Source: Chrysomallon squamiferum
Taxonomy: Eukaryota > Animalia > Mollusca
Assembly (NCBI GenBank): GCA_012295275.1
Contig: CM022665.1
Coordinates: 21,452,001-21,516,000 of the forward strand
Reading direction: 5' to 3'
Length of the DNA stretch: 64,000 nucleotides
The stretch's first letter is position 1. Each line of letters opens with the position of its first letter. Below, piece after piece: positions 55,906 through 64,000 of this stretch. The translations under genes were made by a program, and so were the position numbers. The notes beneath the pieces were generated by a model. It searched no databases and was not told the origin of the DNA. It saw nothing but the letters and a program-made list of their open reading frames with translations.

Positions 55906-57039
55906 GTAATTGTTAATTAATAAATATAAAGAAACAAGTGGTTTTATTAGTGTTAATGTTTTGATGTTGTTATTATTTTGTTATTGTTGTTATTATTAAT
56001 AATAGTTTATTTATGTTTGTTTTTCATTATACCATGGTACATCAGATAAGTTATTAACATCAAAAGCTGATAATATTAAAATATATATCGATCAAACTAA
56101 GGTCAAATTGCGTGTTCTTCGACAATTTTGTTGGTGAGTTATGATGTTCAATATATTTAAGATTCTTGTACAGTTTCACTTTAGCTTGTCTGTGGCTTGG
56201 TTCACTTCTCAGGAATAAACCAAGTATAATTATAAATCCGCCTAGTTTATTAAAGAAAAAGAAACAAGAAATGAGGAGAGAAAGAAAAGAATTAAAAAAA
56301 GAAAACTAAAAGGGTGAAAAGAAAATGAAGGGAAAAAGAAACAAAATCAGAGGAGGAAAATACTGCCGGACACAGTATTATTTCAAGGGGGGCCACTACC
56401 CCTAGAATAGACGAAATCCAGTGCCTTAACTGCCTACAGTGGTACTAGCTAGATTTGAATAAACATTAGTAGTTCTGGTAAAGGTAAATTTGTTAGTTTA
56501 ATGATTTCTCAACTGTGATGAAAGAACACAACATTTTGTTTGATGTTTAAATTGGTAGACTGGATGTTATCAGATCAAACTTTGGTAAAGTTCATGCTCT
56601 CAACAGATAACTTGTATAGCACATGTTACTTTATTTCTTGAGGTCATCAATCAATATAGAATCATTTTGTCTACAAATTTAATACATTCCAGTGTTTTAT
56701 TAATAATTAGACTAAAATTAAATTGTATTTAAATTTAGAAACTGCTTAAATTGACTGAGTGAAAGACAGTCAGAAAGAATGAAGAGAAACTTTAATCTAT
56801 TTATAGAACAATCTCGTACGTAACACAGAGATTTTTCTTATATTAACCTGTTACTTTAGTTTTATGTCTGATAACATCGCAGTTTATTTATCTGTATCTG
56901 GGATAATACGCATTAAATGTAAATGAGCAGTGAAATCATGAACACGTAGATTTTAAGAAGTATTAATTTCTTATTGGTGTTTTAGAACAAAAAATCTTGT
57001 CTTCAGATCACGAGATCAATCATCAATATATTAATGCAT

Positions 57040-57290
57040 TTCAGAAAATTACTGAAAAATACATCACATATTTCTAACGTAAAATCATAACAGTGATGTT
57101 AATTTCAAAATGTTTGTTTTGATTTCATCTTACAAAACTTACAGAGTTAAGTGACAAGCAGGTGAACATGATAAAGAGGACAAGTTTATAATCAGGTTCT
57201 TTTACACCTTCTTGAACGTAACTTATAAAGTCACTGTCGTATATTTAATCTATTGAACTTTTGTTTGGTAAACAACACTTTCGGGTTTTT

Positions 57291-57333
<43 letters not shown>

Positions 57334-60300
57334 AATACCTGTGAAGCAAAGAAATATTTGCCTGTACATCCAGTTATTTAGTATGGCAATATTATATTGA
57401 TATATCGTAATTTCAGTAGCTGACAGGACCCTACCCTGATTTTACCTGACTCATACCTTTCAATAAATATACGAACATCAACATCTTTTATTTATTTTAA
57501 TTAGTGAATGTTTGTCAGTGATTTCGAGTTATTGCAAGCCAGACAAATGTCTCCTTCATTTCCTGGTTTCAAAAATTATCCCAAATGATACCATGGGAAT
57601 TTTGTTAATGTCCTGATTTCGTTTTCAAATTGTTTATCTCTCTGTGGCTTTGTTCATTTTTATAATCTGAATGACTACTACATGAATATAATAGGTGAAA
57701 AACAATTATTTTCTTATAAACGTAAACTCATGTTAATTTTACACATCTTCTGAAATTACAGGTTTAACCTATGAACGAATGGAAATCATGCTACACAAAA
57801 ATTGTCCAACATCAAATGAAGTTGAAAACAGCACAATAAAAGGTATGTACAATTTAATTTGTTTTTTAATAATTTTGTAAAAATTTTTAATTTTGGAAAG
57901 ATGACGAAAGAACACAGAAAGTTGTAAAAAAAATTATATTATTACATGATTAAACCTTATTAGTTTAGTGTCATACTTTATGTAACACGTCACTCTCGTT
58001 TTATTAAAACGTAATTTGCATAGTCACCCTCCTTAATAATGTTTGACTGGAGGAGATTCTTAATGTTCTAGTTGTTTTTTTCTTTCTAATTTTTATTTAT
58101 ATTTATTTATTTATTTATTTATTATTAAAAGGAGCACCATTTAATATATCCGTGAACTCTGTTTCTGATAAATATATTTCCAGAATACGGAGAAACGCTT
58201 TATAATTTTGTATCGCAATTGAAACACGTACTCATCTGACGAAAACTCTCTATGTTCTATCTCGAATTCGTCTGTGGATGCTTAGAAGAATTCATCCTTA
58301 CAACTCGTTATTTCGATTCTAGATTGGCGAGATAAATCATGAATATTTTTGATCCATTTAAATAAAATTACTGAAAACTGCATCACCTATTTCTAATGTA
58401 AAATCATAACAGTGTGACGAGCCACACTGCACTGATGTTCATTTTAAAATGTTTGTTTTAATTTCATCTTACAGAAGTTACAGAGCTAAGTGATAAGCAG
58501 ATGAACACGACAGAGAAGAACTTTCAGTCATCAGGTACTTTTACACCTTCTTGAATGTAACTTATAAAGTCACTGTCATATAGTTAATATTCTGTACTTT
58601 TGTTTGGTAAACTATGTTTTTCTTTTTTCTTTTTTTTAATCAATACCTGTGAAGCAAAGAAAAAATTGCCTATGCATACAATTATTTAGTATGGCAATAT
58701 TATATTGATATATCGTAATTTTAGTAGTTGACAGGACCCTACCCTGATTTTACCTCACTCATACTTTACAGTGAATGTACTAGCATCAACATCTGTTATT
58801 TATTTTAATTAGAGAATGTTTGTCATTGATTTCGAGTTATTGCAAGTCAGACAAATGCCTTCTTTATTTCCTGGTTTTAAAAATTATCCCAAAAGAAAAG
58901 CGTGGAGTTTCATTAATGTCCTGGTTTCGTTTTCAAATAGTTTGTCTGTGACTTTGTGCATTTGTATAAACTGAATGAGTACTACATGAATATAATAGGT
59001 GAAAAACAATTATTTTCTTATAAACATAAACTGATTTTAATTTTACACATTTTCCGAAATTACAGGTTTAACCAATGAACTAACGGAAATCATGGAACAG
59101 AAATCTTGTTCAACATTAAATACAGTTAAACGCATCACAATAAAAGGTATGTACAATTTAATTATTATTATTTTTATTTTGATAATTTTGTAAATTTAAT
59201 AATTTTGGAAAGATGATGAAAGAACACAGAAAGTTGTAATTTTTTTTTATATTATTACATGATTAAACCTTCTTAGTTTAGTGTCATACTTTATGTAACA
59301 CGTCACTCTCGTTTTACTAAAACGTAATTTGCATAGTCACCCTCCGTAATGTCTGACTTGAGGGGATTCGTAAAGTTATTTATTATTTTTTTTTCTCATC
59401 TTTATTTTTATTTATTAATTTATTAATTTATTTGTTTGTTTATTATTGTTATTATTAAAATAAGCACCATTTAATATATCCGTAAGCTCTGTTTCTGACA
59501 CTTATTTGCAGATACGAAGAAACGCTTTTTGCATTTCTGTTGTAAGTGAAACGCGTACTCATCTCAGGAAAACGCTGAAATTTCTGTTTCTATGTCATTT
59601 GTGGATGCTTAGAAGAATTCATCCTTACAACTCGTTATTTCGATTCTAGACTGCCGAGATAAATCATGAATATAATTGATCCTTCTAAACAAAATTACTG
59701 AAAACTGCATCACCTATTTCTAATGTAAAATCATAACAGTGTGACGAGCCACACTTCATTTTAAAATGTTTGTTTTAATTTTATCTTACAGAAGTTACAG
59801 AGCTAAGTGATAAGCAGAAGATGATAAAGAGGAACATTCAGCCTTTAGGTACTTTTACACGTTCTTGAACCTAACTTATAAAGTGATTGTCATATATTTA
59901 ATCTTTTATAATTTGTGTGGTCAACAACTCTGTTTTGTTCTTTTTAAACAATACCTGTGAAGCAAAGAAGTAATTGCCTATACATTCACTTATTTGGTAT
60001 GCAGTAAAATATTGATATATCGTAATTTCAGTAGCTGGCAGGACATTACCCTGATTTTACCTCACTCATACCTTTCAATAAATATACGAACATCAACGTC
60101 TTTTATTTATTTTAATTAGTGAATGTTTGTCAGTGATTTCGAGTTATTGCATGCCAGACGAATGTCTCCTTCATTTCCTGGTTTCAAAAATTATCCCAAA
60201 TGATACCCTGGGAATTTTGTTAATGTCCTGATTTCGTTTTCAAACAGTTTATCTCTCTGTGGCTTTGTGCATTTTTATAATCTGAATGACTACTACATGA

Positions 60301-60760
60301 ATATAATAGGTGAAAAACAATTATTTTCTTATAAACGTAAACTCATGTTAATTTTACACATCTTCTGAAATTACAGGTTTAACCTATGAACTAACGGAAA
60401 TCATGGAACAGAAATCTTGTTCAACATTAAATACAGTTAAACGCATCACAATAAAAGGTATGTACAATTTAATTATTATTATTTTTATTTTGATAATTTT
60501 GTAAATTTAATAATTTTGGAAAGATGATGAAAGAACACAGAAAGTTGTAATTTTTTTTTTTATATTATTACATGATTAAACCTTCTTAGTTTAGTGTCAT
60601 ACTTTATGTAACACGTCACTCTCGTTTTATTAAAACGTAATTTGCATAGTCACCCTCCTTAATAATGTTTGACTGGAGGAGATTCTTAATGTTCTAGTTG
60701 TTTTTTTCTTTCTAATTTTTATTTATATTTATTTATTTATTTATTTTTTTTTTTTAAACT
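57040..60760 (+). repeat. Three tandem ~1.3-kb units, each with one type-A and one type-B micro-exon
   Basis: A exons: 57145-57195 (in-frame TAA), 58484-58534 (ELSDKQMNTTEKNFQSS) and 59801-59848 (ELSDKQKMIKRNIQPL). B exons, all 81 nt and open: 57762-57842 (GLTYERMEIMLHKNCPTSNEVENSTIK), 59066-59146 and 60377-60457 (GLTxELTEIMEQKSCSTLNTVKRITIK). All have TTACAG acceptors and GT donors. Confidence 0.85.
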
Positions 60761-61759
60761 CTCAATTGTGCACTATGTTGTTTTCAATTTATCTTAAACG
60801 TCCGTTCCAGATTTGATGGGAACTACAAAATAACCATCATCTCTATTTTAATAGATTCAAAGGAGAAGAATTTGAACATTCTTAACAGTTTTAAATAAAA
60901 TGAGTGAATATGTATGAAATAAATTTTAATAACTTAAAGCTTTCTTGTAAAACACACACGTGTTTTAAAATATTCCATATATATTTAATTCAGACTTTGA
61001 TTAATTCATCAGATGTGTCATCTAGATGTTAAAGTAGCTGTGATGTTTTAGCAAAGATGGAATCTCGTTTCTAGAAATGTGATAATTAATTAAAAGCTTT
61101 GTAGATGTTAATAAAATAACAGAAAACTGCATCACAGATTTCTAACATAAAATGATAAAAATGCAATGACTCCCGCTATTATCAGGATAACTTTTAAGAC
61201 ATTTATTTATAGGTTTCTTTTATTTTATTTTATCGAGTAAAGAATGCATTAGCAATGACTGTTCAGAAAACGATGGAGAGAAATGAAGCATTAACACGAA
61301 TATCAATTTTTTAGTGACATTTTATAACAATATCAAACTTATTTTCTCTACTGTCTGTTTTTCGTCCTAATGAGAAAACAAAACAATTTCGACCTTTTCA
61401 TGAGTTGAAAATAAATATCATCATGTAACAATATAACATTAAAAAGGAAAAAGAGAAAAGGCATATATTCCTAAAATGTATTACAGGTTTGTTAATTTCA
61501 TGCTCACTTTTTGTTTTCGACTGTATGTAAAATGTTATGTCAGTCTCATTAGAGAGGTCTAAGAAGTACGAGTTAATTAAAATTATGTTTAACTGATTTG
61601 TTTGCTATGGTCATTTTATAATACACATGGTGGAGTACATATCAAAGTATAGGTATTGCATTCTGATATATATATACAATTGTTTTATAATCAGAAGAAG
61701 ACCGAAAAGTAAATCAAATAATGAGTATATAGGTAAAGATATCATGTTGAACATTTCAG

Positions 61760-64000
61760 GTTTCCGCATGGAGGAGGACAAGAATTATGAACAGTACTTT
61801 TTAAACTACAAGCAATTTTTTTTCCACAACATTTCGTTTTAATGAGACAAAATTTCTTAGTGAAGGATTATATAAAAATAATAAGAAGGTGAAATTAAAC
61901 CTGAATTCAGCCAACAATGATAAACCAGTAATGCACATCATTATAAAATGGATATTGTCCAAGCATAATGCATGTATCGACATTAAACAGGTGAGAAATG
62001 GAGTAAAAAAATTGGTAAACGGTGATAGAGAACTGATCGATAGTGGGGAATGTAAGAATTCAGTTAGTAATGAGAATAATCCAAATAACGTGAGCAATAA
62101 TAGAAAGTCAGAAAAGAGAGAAGGAACTGAATCGAAAGAACTGGGTTCGGAGGCTGATACTATTGAACAAAATGGATCAGACACTGCAACAACTGATAAA
62201 AATGAATCAAAAGATTCAACTGTTGGTGGAAATGAATCAGAAGTTGCAATTACTGGTACAAATAAATCAGGATCTACAAGTATTCAAGGAAATGAATCAG
62301 AAGCTGCAGAAATTCATGGAAATGAATCAGAAGCTGCAACTAATGATGGAAGTAAATCAGAAGGTGCAGTTGGTGGGATTGAATCAGAAGGTGCAAATGT
62401 TGATGGAAGTGATTCAGGAGCTGCAGCTGTTGGTGGAAATGAATCAGAAGCTGCAAGCATGGATGGAAATGAATTACAAGCTGTACGAATTGATAGAAAT
62501 GAATCAGAAGCTTCAATAATTGATGGAAATGAATCAAAATGTGCAGCTATTTATAGAAATAAATCGGAAGCTGCAAGAATTGACGGAAATAAATCAGAAG
62601 ATAAAACTGCTGCTGCAAATGAATCAGAATCTGCAGTAGTTAATAGAAATGTATCAGAAAATGTATCAGAAGGTATAGCTATTTATAGAAATAAATCATA
62701 TGCTGCAGGAATTGATATAAATGAATCAGAAGCTGCGATATTTGATAGAAATGAATCAGAAGCTGCAACTATTGATGGAAGTGAATCAGAGGGTATTACT
62801 GTTCATGAGAATGAATCAGAAGCTGCAAAAATTAATATAAATGAGTCAGATGCTGCAACTGTTGATGGAAGTAATTCAGAAGGTGTAACTATTAATGGAA
62901 GTGATTCAGAAGCAGCAGCTTTTGATGGAAATGAATCAGAAGCGGCAAACGTGAAAGGAAATGAATTACAAGCTGCAAGAATTGGTGGAAATGAATCAGA
63001 AGCTTCAAGAGTTGAGAGAAATGAATCAGAAGCTGCAATACTTCATGGAAATGAATCAGAATCTGCAGCTGTTGATAGAAACAAATCAGAAGATGAAACT
63101 GGTGTTGGAAATGAATCAGAATCTGCAGAAGCTGATACAAATAAATTTGAAGGTGCAGCTGTTGATATAAATGAATCAGAAGCTGCAACTATTGATGAAA
63201 GTGAATCAGAAGGTGTTACTGTTCATGAGAATGTATCAGAAGCTGCAAAAATTGATAGAAATAAGTCAGAAGCTGCAATTATTGGTGGAATTAAATCAGA
63301 AGGTGCAGTTGATGGAAATGAATCAGAAATTGCAAGCATTCATAGCGGTGAATCAGAACATACAACTGTTGAGGTGAATGAATCAGAAGGTACAAATACT
63401 GATACAAATGAATCGGAACAGCTGAGTAGTGACATAACAGGATCAGATGTTGTTGAAACTAACAAAATAATACATGGAAATACTGATGAGAATGAACTGC
63501 AACAGGAAAGTTTCGCGGAAACAGAACCAGACGTTCCTAGTGATCAGAGAAATCAAAGTGGAATGATGAGAAATGATGAATTAGGGACAGAACATTCAGA
63601 CACTGTCAGATACAGGAGGGAGTGGGACCGATATGCGTCTTACTTACGATTTCCTCTAACCTCAGCCTGGCCAAGTTCCCTTGCAGCTGCTGGATTCTAC
63701 TTCACTGGGACTGGTGATCGCGTTGTCTGCTTCAGCTGTGGTCAGAGCTATGATCACTGGACCCCTGAAGATAACCCACTGGAAATTCACAGACAAATCT
63801 CTCCAAGCTGCAGATTTGTCCTGGGAGAGGAAGAAATGAACCGATTCGGGTAAGTGAGAATGCTGAGCAGAGACTACAAGAATTCCTGGGCAGATTAACT
63901 GTCAGTTCAGTGTTACCAGCTGTTCAAAGTGAAACACTTCGTAATCGGTGCGAGTCTGAAAGTTCAGTTAGTGACAATGAACTGTTTGGAGTCTCTGAAA
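61760..64000 (+). CDS. IAP/BIRC gene (or recent pseudogene): large exon with an acidic decapeptide repeat followed by a BIR domain, running off the window
   Basis: Acceptor TTTCAG| at 61759 and ATG at 61768. The 654-aa frame ends in REWDRYASYLRFPLTSAWPSSLAAAGFYFTGTGDRVVCFSCGQSYDHWTPEDNPLEIHRQISPSCRFV, which has the BIR CxxC..H..C ligands. Apparent 1-nt frameshifts in homopolymers at about 61815-61840 and 63835. Confidence 0.85.
62200..63420 (+). repeat. 30-bp coding minisatellite, about 40 units of xxGNESEAAx
   Basis: Recurring GGAAATGAATCAGAAGCTGCA with no stops in the BIR frame. Confidence 0.9.

Noticed and set aside
61801-63377. Overlapping MNQKLQ-type and minus-strand ORFs
   Set aside because: They are alternate frames of the 30-bp coding repeat.

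Overview
This is very AT-rich, microsatellite-rich animal genomic DNA with spliceosomal introns and a 200-N gap at 17802-18001. It is probably a lophotrochozoan such as a mollusc, which is my inference. The window opens with the last exon of PRDM13. The rest is a patchwork of duplicated AT-rich non-coding blocks, including an ~11 kb inverted copy that starts at the gap. Embedded in the patchwork are: (i) three IAP/BIRC loci, namely an orphan RING exon, a BIR+RING pseudogene preceded by a 24-bp repeat, and a BIR exon with a 30-bp acidic coding repeat; (ii) two paralogous arrays of phase-1 micro-exons (48/51 nt and 81 nt) that the ORF track misses; (iii) intron-containing fragments of unrelated conserved genes, namely the last exon of an aromatic amino acid hydroxylase, six decayed Slit LRR exons in two orientations, four decayed collagen IV exons and a possible USP His-box; and (iv) MULE, hAT-like and LINE remnants. 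All identifications come from hand translation and recalled protein motifs, with no database search. Repeat boundaries are approximate.
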